The position numbers and the translations under genes are program-made. The notes beneath the pieces are model-generated. The model was given only the letters and a program-made list of their open reading frames with translations, searched no databases and had not been told where the DNA came from. From Candidatus Bathyarchaeota archaeon (GTDB lineage: Archaea > Thermoproteota > Bathyarchaeia > Bathyarchaeales > Bathycorpusculaceae), in the NCBI GenBank assembly GCA_963775465.1, contig CAVZIW010000006.1, forward strand, positions 1 through 64,000: DNA of 64,000 nucleotides. The letters run 5' to 3'. This document shows, piece by piece, positions 30,244 to 41,045 of the stretch (its first letter is position 1; each line of letters starts with the position of its first letter).

Positions 30244-31597
30244 GATTTAGTGGCTCCAATTTCTTCCTTAATAATAGGAACCCTGATTTTTCCAGACATA
30301 AGTTTAGGAAGAATAGTTATCACGAATTTTACTCAATAGTTTAAATTCTTAAGCATGTTAAGGGTATATCTTTATCAAACATCGGTTGCACGAGATCATT
30401 AAACTTGCCTAATAGTCTCAATCGGTGGAATAGGATAGATGATTCATATAACTTATTTGCATTGTTATGTGTTGCCAGAAGTTCCAGCCGTATTGAAAAG
30501 CTAATGTTCTGAATCGTTTCTTATAACTAGAAAATAAATGTAATTACTGGATTGAATTACTTTTTGGCTGCAAAACAATCAAATTACAGATTGACCCAAA
30601 TGCAACTCATTTTCATCGAGCAAAGTAACAAGTGCCGTCTAAACCAGTTTTCTAAAGCAAGACGTGTATTCTCTTCGCAAAAGTATTATCTCCAGTTTTA
30701 AAACGAGAACTTGATTTATAATTGTCAGTAGACTGTTATGCTAACCCGTGATTCCCTAATCAGTCTAAGATCATCGCCATTTCAATTTTCGGCCAATTTG
30801 TTTGGTCAATCCGTCTAAAGCATGATTGTCAATAACTTCACCAGAGTGTTTAATTTCCATGCCGCAAGGAATTTCTCACCAATATTTGTCATGAATCCAT
30901 TTCTCCTCCTGATGATTTGTAGGGTTTGCCTTCTTCGTTGGGAAACTCAAAATCAACAAACCAACGCTTAAAAACAGCCTGCCCGATAGTTTCAAGAGTA
31001 TTGATTAATGTGTTGGTTAAGTCTAATTTTTGAATCTAGATTTGTAGAAATTGCCGATTGCATGCTTGTTCTTCCAAAGATGGAATCGGAATTACCATAT
31101 TTGAATGCATGGTTACTCACCATCAATGTGCACGATCTGGAAGAGACAGAATTAAATGATTCTATGTAGCTTTTAGTTTTAGGAAGTATCAAATGAAGCG
31201 TTTAAAAACCAAGGGTCTAATCTGATTTTGAAACATCTTATACAACCTACTGAAGTAATTATTGCAGTAACAGGTCTGATGGAACAACGCAAGAGCGAGC
31301 AAATGTTATTCCGTCACCCAACTGATTTAGCAAAAATCATTCTCTTTCAGGCAGCCGATTTTAATTTATTGTGCATTTTTATTGAAATATACCCAACCTT
31401 ATTTCTATCAAGATAACCATCAAAAACTGGAGTGCTTTGAATTATGCGATATTCAGTTTCTTCTTTAGAGTGACTTTGTTTTCCGCCAATCGGGTCTCTT
31501 CCGACAAATATTGTATCTACACAAGACTCTAATTTCTCCACAGCCAATCTTGAGGAACTTTTCCGATTTCAGTTTGTTTGAAACAACTAGAGGCCAA
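30231..31597 (-). pseudogene. hsdS: Type I R-M specificity subunit, heavily frameshifted
   Basis: FKQTEIGKVPQDW start, LETIGQAVFKRWFVDFEFPNEEGKPYKSSGGEM central conserved region, LPKLMSGKIRV end; many indels and stops between. Confidence 0.85.
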
Positions 31598-33172
31598 AAC
31601 CCAACTCCTCTAAATTCTTTCTTATTTCTTTATCAAGCTTTCTTTCTTTAGCCATTTCTTTGAAAGTTCTATTGTTAGTCTTTGCATTTTTTCTTCAAAG
31701 GCTTCGTCGTCTTCCTCTTCTTCTTCAGCACCGACATATCTACCAGGAGTTAGTATGTATCTTGTTTTCTTATTTCCTCAAGTTTTACGCTTTGCAGAAG
31801 CCAGCAACATCTGCATACTCCAATTTTTTTCCGTCAACGAGTTCGCCTCTCCAAGCATGGTAAGTATCCGCAATTTTCTCGATGTCTTCAAGGGTTAATT
31901 GTCGGTGCCTTCGGTCAACCATAACCCCCAGTTTTCGAGCATCAATAAACAGAACTTCTCCTCGTCGATCCCTAAACTTGGAGTTCTGCTTATCTCTTGC
32001 CACAAACCAGAGGCAAGCCGGAATCATCGTGTTGTAGAAAAGCTGACTGGGTAAGGGCTACCATGCAGTCAACTAAGTCGGCTTCGATTATGTTTTTACG
32101 AATTTCTGCCTCATTGGATGAATTAGAACTCATGGAGCTATTGGCAAAAACAAAACCCGCAATTCCGTGTGGCGCTAGGTGATGATGAAGTGTTGGACCC
32201 ATGCAAAGTTGGCGTTTCCTGTAGGTGGGACGCCGTATTTCCAGCGGATGTCTTCTCTGAGCATTTCGCCTTTCCAATCAGAATCATTAAACGGTGGATT
32301 TGCAAGCAGATAGTCTGCTCTTAGGTCTTTGTGGAGGTCGTTTAGGAAGCTGCCTTCGTTGTTCCATCGTACTTCTTTTGATTCTATGCCTCTTATGGCA
32401 AGGTTCATTTTGCAGAGGCGCCATGTGGTTTGGTTTGATTCTTGCCCAAAAATAAATATGTCATCTAGTCTTCCGCGGTGGGCTTCTACGAATTTTTCGC
32501 TTTGAATGAACATGCCGCCGCTGCCACAGCAGGGATCAAAGACTCTGCCCTTGTAGGGTTCAATCATCGCAACAAGTAGTTGCACGATGCTTCTTGGGGT
32601 GTAGAATTGCCCGCCTTTCTTGCCTTCAGCATCCGCAAACTGACCCAGAAAATACTCATAAACTCTGCCGAGGACGTCTTTGCTTCGGCTTTCCCTATCA
32701 CCCAAACCGATGGTGCCCACAAGATCTATAATTTCACCCAACCGCTGCTTATCCAAAGCAGGACGCCCATAATTCTTTGGCAAAACACCTTTTAGCGATG
32801 ATTATCGCGCTCAATCGCGTCCATTGCGTCATCAACGATTGTTCCAATGGTCGGTTGCTTAGCGTTCTTCTGCAAATAATCCCAACGCGCCTCAGGCGGA
32901 ACCCAAAAAGCATTCTTAGCCCTGTACTCATCAATATCTTCAGGGTCAGACAACTTTTCAGGGTCATTCTTTAACGATTCATAGACTTCTGTAAAGGCGT
33001 CGGATATGTATTTTAGAAAAATCAATCCCAAAACTACATGCTTGTATTCTGCGGCATCCATGTTATTGCGCAGTTTGTCGGCGGCTTTCCAGAGTTTATC
33101 CTCAAAACCCACGTTAGCGCCATTGCCGTTTACTGGTTTACCGTTTAATCCTAATTGCTTAGCCAACACCAT
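31587..33172 (-). pseudogene. hsdM: Type I R-M N6-adenine methyltransferase subunit M; several frameshifts
   Basis: [29 protein letters not shown] and VLFIDAR motifs across four ORFs. Confidence 0.9.
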
Positions 33173-33258
33173 TCCTCTTCTTAAGATTAAGCTTATTTAT
33201 GGTTATTTAGCAAATAAGCCTTTACTGCGTGCGGTGTTAGGGCTTAATCATATTAGAA

Positions 33259-34432
33259 TTAGAAATCGGTTCCGTAGTATTTGTAAAAATCTGTAGTGTA
33301 AGTCTTGTTACCAATCATTACACTTCTAATGTTAATCTTTCCTCGGAATCCACCTAAACTTCTGGAATCCAACCATTGCCATGAATAAGGACGTGAAGCA
33401 AACCACATATTTTTAAGTCCATTTCTATCCTCAGGCTTTAAGATTAATCCTCTTATTTGCATTATTGGCGCTTCTGAGGATAAGTATCTATCAATAACTT
33501 TTTGGTCTTTGAGAAAACTCAAGTTAACTGTCTGAGCACAACGCGGTTGCCTTTTTTCATCAGTGTCTATTGATAAAACTACTTTGTTCCTTTTCTTTTT
33601 CGGAGAAGTTAAAGCTATGTCAGCTATTTCTTTAGAATTGGAAAAAACCTCTTTAGAGGATTATTTTCTAAGTCGACAAAAAAATAATGAGCCCATCCAA
33701 GTGGAAAAATAACAGGCGAATTTCCTGTGGTAAGACCTATTCTATCGATAAGTTCTTCCGTTGGATAAGCGGTTTCTTGAAAATTATTGTGAATGTTGAA
33801 CATAAAGTTTGTAGGAATAAGAATTAGCCGACCATGATTAGGTAATATTTCAATAGATCGCTCAAGCCACTTAAGGCAAGTGGGAAGCTGCTTTGGCAAA
33901 CAGTGTATTTGAATATTATTAGAGGGAGAAAAAACTATTGTTGCTTCTTCAAGATTCTCTATATTTCTTACTGTGTAAGAGCATAAGCCTTCCGTCTGAA
34001 GTGGTCGATTTACCTCGACTGTACAATTGCCTTTTCTGTTTATCTTTAGTCTAGTTTCTTCATAATCAATGTTTGACTTATAATCAATCTCTACTTTGAA
34101 ATGCATGTTTTCTTTTATCCCAGGAGGGCGGTCTCTTTGGTCAATTTCCAATATACTCTCTACTTCTGAGAAGTGGCGTCATCCATAGGTCAAGTGTAAG
34201 CTAAGAGAGAACAAAGCGGCTTTCAGGGAATTTTTGTAAGTGCTTCTATCAAGTAATAGATACGGACGACCATCACTATCATTTATAGTTCCTAAGACAT
34301 AACCTTCAGTCCCTCCCAAAGCGACCCATCTTTCTTTTTCCAAGAGACTGCAATGTAATCGCCAGTTTTGGGCTTTTTATCTTTCAAATTCTTGCCGCCT
34401 ACCGAAATACCCCTGGGGGGGTCTGTACTCAT
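33259..34432 (-). pseudogene. Fragmented hypothetical gene
   Basis: Collinear ORF pieces 33624-34151 and 33259-33522 plus an upstream ATG at 34432; no recognisable family. Confidence 0.4.
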
Positions 34433-34468
34433 ATCAATATTATATCGAAAATAAAAGTGATAGTTAAA

Positions 34469-34653
34469 ATGTCAGAGGAAATAGTAACAACCGCAAAAGC
34501 GTACTTTGCCGATAAGTCAAAAGTAATAGTCATTCCCAAAATTCTAAGAAAAAAATAGGGGAGCAAAATACTGACTTTTTCATTGTCAAACTAGACGAAA
34601 AGCAACGTATAATCTTTGAACCAATAAAGAGGGTGACATTACTTGGCAGTTAA
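34469..34653 (+). CDS. AbrB/MazE-like small DNA-binding protein, broken at an A7 run
   Basis: SKVIVIPKILRKK/IGEQNTDFFIVKLDEKQRIIFEPI after a one-base correction at ~34555. Confidence 0.6.
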
Positions 34654-35614
34654 TGACAATGACACTTTGGAGTATTGGAAAGGAGTACTTTCTCCCAGTG
34701 AATATAAGGCATTTAAGTGGACAATGCTTGACCCCACTAGGCCATTCTGTTCTGGAGATTTAATGGAGGTATTGCAAAGCAATTCTAAAGGTTCATCAAG
34801 AAACGTTATTCTAGAGCTAAAGAAGCAGGGGTTAATCGAACCTTATTGTCGGTCCATATGCGCTTTCTACAAATTAAAAACTGTCGATAAATCTAAAATG
34901 AGGAAACCGATGACATTACACCGTATGGAGGGCAATGGGGTTAGGCGTATCCATGTTGATCCTATTGCTTTGTTGGATTCGTTGCCAATGGAGGAACTTT
35001 GCAAGGTTCATGATGTTAGGTTAACTTTCTCTGCAAGCGGATTTTATAATGCTTTATTATCGACTGGTCTATACCAGTTTGACACTAATTCTAAAGATAT
35101 TCTGTTCGGTGATTTCATATGGTTAAAGTATCGCTCACTTAAGGTATTCTTGCATCGTAGTGGCACTGTTACCTTCCAGTTAGATTGCAGTAACTGCCCA
35201 ATAGAGGCTTCAACAATGGGATTCGTTAGCTTAGCAGGCTTTCTTGGAGGGATGCGTAAAGAACTGTCTATCGCTTGTAAGGGCATCAATCCAGAAATGA
35301 AAGAGGAGTCTATCCCGATAGTTGACTACTGGAAGGTTGTCATGTGGCATTACGGCAAAGACTCTGCCCAGGAATTTAGCGGTGAAGACTTCAACATTAC
35401 ATTCAAACTGTGGTGCGGGGAACTTGCAAGAATTTACGTTCACAAGCAAGACCATTCTCGAAAGGTAAGGTTTGAAAAAATCGAGACCCCCAAGAAACCG
35501 CTTCAGCAAGTAATCGCAGATAAACTAAATCTTGATTGCAGCAGGTGTGTAAGATGTTTAAGGCAATCGTTATTACTCCTAATGATCGTACAGTTGATTT
35601 TGGCTGTTTATTAG
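34643..35614 (+). CDS. wHTH-containing MGE protein, possible replication initiator
   Basis: N-terminal wHTH (SSRNVILELKKQGLIE); C-terminal WHYGKD...RIYVHK...RFE motifs; in operon with the integrase. Confidence 0.55.
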   Translation: MAVNDNDTLEYWKGVLSPSEYKAFKWTMLDPTRPFCSGDLMEVLQSNSKGSSRNVILELKKQGLIEPYCRSICAFYKLKTVDKSKMRKPMTLHRMEGNGVRRIHVDPIALLDSLPMEELCKVHDVRLTFSASGFYNALLSTGLYQFDTNSKDILFGDFIWLKYRSLKVFLHRSGTVTFQLDCSNCPIEASTMGFVSLAGFLGGMRKELSIACKGINPEMKEESIPIVDYWKVVMWHYGKDSAQEFSGEDFNITFKLWCGELARIYVHKQDHSRKVRFEKIETPKKPLQQVIADKLNLDCSRCVRCLRQSLLLLMIVQLILAVY

Positions 35615-35781
35615 CTATTGCTCGAGCTGAGGCTTGTCGTCGTGAGCAGGTTAAGGTGAATCCTACGGTTAGGGCGTTGGTGTTTGTTGCGGAGTTGGGG
35701 GTGTATGTTGCTGTTTATGAGGCATCTGACTCTGAAAAAAATGAAAGTAAGAACCTAAAGGAGAATGTAGGCTATGGTTGA
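35554..35781 (+). CDS. Small hypothetical protein
   Basis: MFKAIVITPNDRTVDFG...; overlaps the next gene. Confidence 0.5.
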   Translation: MFKAIVITPNDRTVDFGCLLAIARAEACRREQVKVNPTVRALVFVAELGVYVAVYEASDSEKNESKNLKENVGYG

Positions 35782-36142
35782 ACGCGCGCGAGATCTTGTG
35801 TTTGTGACTTATCAAGATCATGTTTTGTTTAATCGATCCTCTGCTTTGGCTGTTAGGCCCCAAGTTCGAGAAGCTGTGGGTTGGCTAGTTTATGATTGCG
35901 ACTGCTATGTTACGATTAGTTGGGACAGAGATGCCGAGCCGCCGACGTTGAAGGGCGGCGACGCAAAAGCTTCTGGGCTTGTCTTGCTAAAAACAGACAT
36001 CATAAAGTTAACCAAGTTGCCATTACAAAAAATTTCAGAATGGCAATTAAATTCACCACAAACCATAGTTAGAGACGAGTATGCGCTCAAACCAAATGAG
36101 CGAAAAACTCGCCCTTCAGAAAAGGAGAAGACGGAAACATGA
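35774..36142 (+). CDS. Small beta-rich MGE hypothetical protein
   Basis: DLVFVTYQDH...REAVGWLV...VTISWD...GLVLLKTDI; ATGA-coupled to the integrase. Confidence 0.7.
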   Translation: MVERARDLVFVTYQDHVLFNRSSALAVRPQVREAVGWLVYDCDCYVTISWDRDAEPPTLKGGDAKASGLVLLKTDIIKLTKLPLQKISEWQLNSPQTIVRDEYALKPNERKTRPSEKEKTET

Positions 36143-37566
36143 CAACCGAAACCATACAAACTATACCGCAGCCAATCATCCGCACTCGACAGCTGACCAT
36201 TGAAGAACTAAAAAACCTACATTTACCCTTCAAAATACAAGGAGAACTTGTAATCTTCCAAGAAAGCCTAAGAGGCTACAAACTCCATCAGCCAGTCACA
36301 GTGAAGCTAGAAAAGATGCTTGCAGCCAAAGAAAAAGGCTTAGTTGCATACATCATAAACACCTTCCTAAGCGATAGACCCGCAATCATACCATTCGTTT
36401 TCGACAACCAAAGCATAATCAAGATGGCTCGTCACTTCCTTCGCCACTGCTCAGGATCCTTCGATAGCTGCCGAAGCTACACCGTACAAACCCAAAAATA
36501 CTCAACATGGCTCGGATACACCCCAGACCTAATAATAAAAGACCTCAAGCCAGTCGGCAACATTCCAGACAATCAAAGAATACAAAACCACGCCGGATAC
36601 CTTAGTGACTACCTAGCTGAACTACAAGATGAAGGTCTCAAACCCGGAGCAGTCAACAACTACATAAAATCAGTCAAAACATTCTACCGAGTCAACGGCG
36701 TCAAAATCGAACTCTCAGAACCCCTAAGCCGTCGAGTCACCTACAAAGACCGAGCACCAAAACCCGAAGAACTCGCAAAACTACTCGACATCGGAAACCT
36801 GCGAGAAAAATTCATCATCTCAACCTTTGCATTAGGAGGATTCAGAGAAGGAACCTTCTCAAAACTACTCTACCGACACATAAAACACGACATGGAAGCA
36901 GGCATAATTCCTCTCCACATACACGTAGAAGCAGAAATAACCAAAGGCAAATACCACGACTACGACACATTCCTAGGAACAGAAGCAGCAAACTACCTCA
37001 AACTATACATACAACAAAGACGCCAAGGCACAAAATATCTGCCCCCCGAAGAAATAAACGACGACTCCCCACTTATCCGAGATTGCAGCAAAACCCAAAT
37101 CAAAGGAATAACAACCAAACAACTACGCAAAATCGTCCACGACCTCTACGTAAAAGCAGGTCTAGTCACACAATCTATGGGGCGCTATTATGACCTCAGA
37201 ACCCACAGCGTAAGAAAATACTTCAAAACCCAACTAATAGCCCTAGGCGTTCAGTCTGATTACGTTGACTACATGATGGGTCACACAGTCGGTACATACA
37301 ACGACATCCAAAGCATCGGGATAGATAAACTCAGAAACATCTACGCTGCCTCAGGATTATCGATAAAACCCAAGACACAGGTAAGCAAAATCGACGCACT
37401 CAAAGAAATTATTCGAGCGTGGGGAATGAACCCTGAGCAACTTCTAACAAGAGATGCACTTACTCAAAACGCCACCACAGAAAAACAAGACGAAACCAAT
37501 CATCAGCTGGCAATTTTAAGACAACAACTAAAACAACTCATCAAAAACGACATATCATCAGTATAA
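36139..37566 (+). CDS. int: Tyrosine recombinase/integrase
   Basis: Catalytic residues GFREG (R), TKGK (K), HSVRK (HxxR), MMGH and TYN (Y); 3' end 18 bp from the tRNA. Confidence 0.93.
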   Translation: MTTETIQTIPQPIIRTRQLTIEELKNLHLPFKIQGELVIFQESLRGYKLHQPVTVKLEKMLAAKEKGLVAYIINTFLSDRPAIIPFVFDNQSIIKMARHFLRHCSGSFDSCRSYTVQTQKYSTWLGYTPDLIIKDLKPVGNIPDNQRIQNHAGYLSDYLAELQDEGLKPGAVNNYIKSVKTFYRVNGVKIELSEPLSRRVTYKDRAPKPEELAKLLDIGNLREKFIISTFALGGFREGTFSKLLYRHIKHDMEAGIIPLHIHVEAEITKGKYHDYDTFLGTEAANYLKLYIQQRRQGTKYLPPEEINDDSPLIRDCSKTQIKGITTKQLRKIVHDLYVKAGLVTQSMGRYYDLRTHSVRKYFKTQLIALGVQSDYVDYMMGHTVGTYNDIQSIGIDKLRNIYAASGLSIKPKTQVSKIDALKEIIRAWGMNPEQLLTRDALTQNATTEKQDETNHQLAILRQQLKQLIKNDISSV

Positions 37567-37584
37567 ATGGTGTATGTACGTCAG

Positions 37585-37659
37585 CGGGTCCGACGGGAAT
37601 TGAACCCGCGACCCCCGGATTAAAAGTCCGGTGCTCTAGCCTGACTGAGCTACGGACCC
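37585..37659 (-). tRNA. tRNA-Lys(TTT), intronless, CCA not encoded
   Basis: GGGTCCGTAGCTCAGTCAGGCTAGAGCACCGGACTTTTAATCCGGGGGTCGCGGGTTCAATTCCCGTCGGACCCG folds as a cloverleaf. Confidence 0.96.
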
Positions 37660-38180
37660 GCGCTTATTTAGTTGCGCTGATAGGAAAACGCGAAGGGGTT
37701 TTTTAGTATTTCGATTAAAAAATGGATAAAATGCAAAGGGCTGACCGTTTTTCTAGCTTTCAGGATTGTTGTTATGAAACTTTTGATTTTGTCGCGAACT
37801 AAAAATGGTTCTAATAGTTTCTGAACCTTTTTCGGTTAGTGGTAATAATTCAGAAAAAGTATAAACAAATAAACAAACTGGACGTTTAAAGTAGTCCCTG
37901 TCTTTAAGAAACGTCAGATTAAGCAAAAAATCCTATTCATATGTGTCAACATAACTCTATCTAAAAGTTCGATTGTTAACATTTATATGTTGAGGCAGGA
38001 TAGCATTTTTCGAGAAAAATTACAATGTTCATGTTCATAAATCCGTGGGGAGACAACGGTTTTTAACTTCAAAATTACCATTTTCTTGCTATACTGGCAA
38101 CTTTTAATAGTTAACGATATATGTGCATGTTAACAAACGTTATCTCTAATTTTACCGTAGCACACTACGGTGCCTTAAAC

Positions 38181-39806
38181 GTGATTTCATGGAAATACAC
38201 ATTTAAAAAATTAAACGAAGAGTACGAAATTGCCAACAAAAAGAAGCAAGCTCTAGAAAACCTGTATCAAACAGGCAAAATTTCTCAAGCCACAAAAGAC
38301 TCTTTTGCCGGAGACATTGAGTCTGCAATAGTGGAAATTGAAAAACAACGCAAAGACCTCGCTGAAAGAATGCAAGGAAAAACCCAAGAACTAGAAGGAC
38401 AAATAAAAACATTAGAAATGCTTCTCGCTAACTATGAAATTCAACATGTTATTGGAGAAATAGAAGACGAAATCTATACTCGAGAAATCAACCTTCTTTC
38501 AAACACACTTGATGCAACACGACATGAACTCAGCATAATCAAAGACGCTTCAAACCAGCTTCTCCCCGAAGAAATGCCCCTTCAAACTCCAGAAGCTCCA
38601 ACTGTTGCAGCCGAAGTTACTGTTGAGCCAGCTCCTGTAGAAACGGTTCCTTTAGAGACTCCTGTTGAAGCAACCCCATTAGAAACTCCAATCACAGAGA
38701 CACTCACAATTGAGCCAGCTTCAATCGAATCTGCCCCAATTGAAACACCTATTGAAACCATGGCGGCAGAACCGACTCCTGAAATTGAGAGTGCTCAGGT
38801 TGAAGTACCTCCAGTTGAAGAGACAGCTTCTATTGAAACTGCTTCATATGAAGTTGCGGAAGCTGAAGCAGCTCCAATTGAAGTTCCAGTTGAAGCTCCT
38901 ATCTTTGAAGATGCTCCTGTTGAAGAAGCAGTCCCAATGGAAACCTCGGATGTTGAAGTTGCAATGGTCGAAGAAGCTGCCCCAGCTGAAGAAGCTCCAA
39001 TTATCGAAGCACCAGAAGTTGAAGCCGTAGAGGTTGAGGAATCAGCCCCAAATCTTGAAGACGCCGCACCAATCGAAAATGCAACAATTGAAGAAACTCA
39101 AATTGAAACTGTACAAAATGAAGAAGCCCCAACAATTGAGAGTGCCCAGGTTGAAGTACCTCCAGTTGAAGAGACAGCTTCTATTGAAACTGCTCCATAT
39201 GAAGTTGCAGAGGCTGAAGCAGTTCCAGTTGAAGCTCCTATCTTTGAAGATGCTCCTGTTGAAGAAGCAGTCCCAATCGAAACCTCGGATGTTGAAGTTG
39301 CAATGGTCGAAGAAGCTGCTCCAGCTGAAGAAGCTCCAATTGAAGAAGCACTAATAATTGACCCAGAAGAAACTCAAGTAAATAACGAGGCTGCTCCTGA
39401 ACTAATAATCGAGCCAGCAGTAGAAGAACAAGTAAATATGGAAGAGACAGAGACTCCAGTAATGGAAGTTGAGGAAGCAGATCAAGTTGAAGAAGCAACA
39501 ATTGAAGACCCTTCTGAGGTCGAAGCTTCAACCGAAATCATTGGAGACGCTGTGGCAGAACAGCCAGCAGTTGATGTCCCACTTCAAGCATTTGATGTAA
39601 CAGAACACGCTCCAGTCGAAACAACACTAGAAAAAGTGATGGACCCTATACTTGAGCCGGTTATCGAACCGACAATCGTGGAGGAGGCCCACGTTCCAGC
39701 CCACCCTTTAGAAGCGCCTCCGCAGGCGCCTTCGGAAGGAATGGAAGAAACAGACACCGACCAAGCCGCCCAAACAGACGAAAACGACGAAAGCACAACT
39801 GAATAA
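38181..39806 (+). CDS. CdvA-like coiled-coil protein with long acidic E/P/A-rich tail
   Basis: KKKQALENLYQTGKISQAT...LEMLLANYEIQHVIGEIEDEIY resembles the CdvA coiled coil; probable GTG start at 38181. Confidence 0.75.
   Translation: MISWKYTFKKLNEEYEIANKKKQALENLYQTGKISQATKDSFAGDIESAIVEIEKQRKDLAERMQGKTQELEGQIKTLEMLLANYEIQHVIGEIEDEIYTREINLLSNTLDATRHELSIIKDASNQLLPEEMPLQTPEAPTVAAEVTVEPAPVETVPLETPVEATPLETPITETLTIEPASIESAPIETPIETMAAEPTPEIESAQVEVPPVEETASIETASYEVAEAEAAPIEVPVEAPIFEDAPVEEAVPMETSDVEVAMVEEAAPAEEAPIIEAPEVEAVEVEESAPNLEDAAPIENATIEETQIETVQNEEAPTIESAQVEVPPVEETASIETAPYEVAEAEAVPVEAPIFEDAPVEEAVPIETSDVEVAMVEEAAPAEEAPIEEALIIDPEETQVNNEAAPELIIEPAVEEQVNMEETETPVMEVEEADQVEEATIEDPSEVEASTEIIGDAVAEQPAVDVPLQAFDVTEHAPVETTLEKVMDPILEPVIEPTIVEEAHVPAHPLEAPPQAPSEGMEETDTDQAAQTDENDESTTE
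38783..39341 (+). repeat. Intragenic ~210-bp duplication (38783-39002 and 39134-39341)
   Basis: Near-identical IESAQVEVPPVEETASIETA...EEAAPAEEAPI blocks differing by a 12-bp indel. Confidence 0.9.
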
Positions 39807-40196
39807 AATAACTCTCCTTTTCTTTTCAATTCTAATTTTTCAAAAATAATTTCTTTCTATGCATCTCCTAACTAATTTTTGGCTTCAGGCAAAGAGTCCC
39901 GCTTGAGTTTATCGCATTTAAGGTGCTTAGTTTTAGATTTTTTCATGACTTAATGGGAAAATCATATTGAGCGGAAAGATAATTGATCATTGCTAGACCG
40001 TTTTGTGTTTGTGTGTTGTACAGTTCCCTTTCGTTATGCTCTGAGATTTGAAATATTGGTTTAGACGCTATATTTTACGTATTGATCTGTAGCTGTGTTT
40101 TACAAGTCGCTTTTTTATATGCTTTGATTATGTGCAAGGCTTTATCTTCACGTATAACGATAAAGAAGACATAAGACAACAAGGATAAGATAACAA

Positions 40197-40562
40197 ATGA
40201 ACACAAAATATCAAAAAGAAGTCCAGACAAAACTCACAAAAGGACTCTTAGACACGATAATTCTGCAATACCTACAGCAAGAAAGCATGCACGGCTACCA
40301 GCTAATCACAAAAATACGCAAAGGATTCGGAGTATACTTTGGACCCAGCACAATCTACCCGATGCTTGGCTTACTTGAGAAAAAAGGTTACATACAAAGC
40401 GCCTGGAATATGGATTGTGAAAGACCCAAAAAAGTATACAAACTAACCGAACAAGGAAAGAACGTCCTAAATTATGCTGAAAACTCACTAATCATGATCT
40501 GCCAAAAAATAGCGCCAGAAAGCACAACAAGACAAGACTTAACCCCCATACTTACGGCATAA
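40197..40562 (+). CDS. PadR-family transcriptional regulator
   Basis: KGLLDTIIL...MHGYQLI...GPSTIYPML..LEKKGYI...RPKKVYKLTEQG. Confidence 0.92.
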   Translation: MNTKYQKEVQTKLTKGLLDTIILQYLQQESMHGYQLITKIRKGFGVYFGPSTIYPMLGLLEKKGYIQSAWNMDCERPKKVYKLTEQGKNVLNYAENSLIMICQKIAPESTTRQDLTPILTA

Positions 40563-40642
40563 CCCTCAAGGGGAATCCAAAAGTTTGCAGGGGCACAAAT
40601 TCAAAAAACACCGTATCTATAAATCGGGAAATAGTTTGTGGG

Positions 40643-40936
40643 TTAAATAACGGTTAGTTTCCCGAATTTACCCACATTCAGTTGTAGTTCGCTCTTAAAG
40701 CTGGTAACATAGCCGTTTTCGATTTTAATGTTGTCGCCTATGCTAACCATATCTATTTGCTCGTTCCAAAGGGTAAGTTTTATACTGCCAGTTTCGTCTG
40801 CGACTACAGCGTCCACAATTTTGTATGTTTCATCTTTATATCTGGATTTAACTTCACGGGGATCGCTTTTTTCTACAACCTTAGCTTCAACATCAACTCG
40901 TTTCATACCATCATGCAAATCTTTAATCGTAACCAA
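40643..40936 (-). CDS. ssb: Single-stranded DNA-binding protein (single OB fold, crenarchaeal SSB/RPA-like)
   Basis: IKDL..GMKRVDVEAKV...VADETGSIKLTLWNEQI...IENGYV..FK.ELQLNVGKFG. Confidence 0.9.
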   Translation of the reverse strand: MVTIKDLHDGMKRVDVEAKVVEKSDPREVKSRYKDETYKIVDAVVADETGSIKLTLWNEQIDMVSIGDNIKIENGYVTSFKSELQLNVGKFGKLTVI

Positions 40937-41045
40937 TTTAATTCACTTCTAAACTGTCGTTACGCTTTTTGTCTTTCAATCATATAAATCTTGCTAACTG
41001 AATTTAGGGACAAAAAGAAAGAAAAGAAAAGAAAGGCGGTGTTTT

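Larger units (their letters stand above)
26100..37584. mobile_element. Integrative element core at tRNA-Lys (integrase, putative Rep, type I R-M cargo); left boundary uncertain and may extend beyond the window start
   Basis: Integrase abuts the tRNA 3' end and there is defence cargo. No duplicated att sequence was seen. Confidence 0.6.

Noticed and set aside
1-36000. Duplicated tRNA-Lys 3' end (att site) delimiting the island
   Set aside because: Not found by eye; it may be outside the window or eroded.
38710-39531. Alternative-frame Leu/Lys/Gln-rich ORFs (38710, 39034, 39238)
   Set aside because: Shadows of the repetitive GAA/GCT/CCA codons of the acidic tail.
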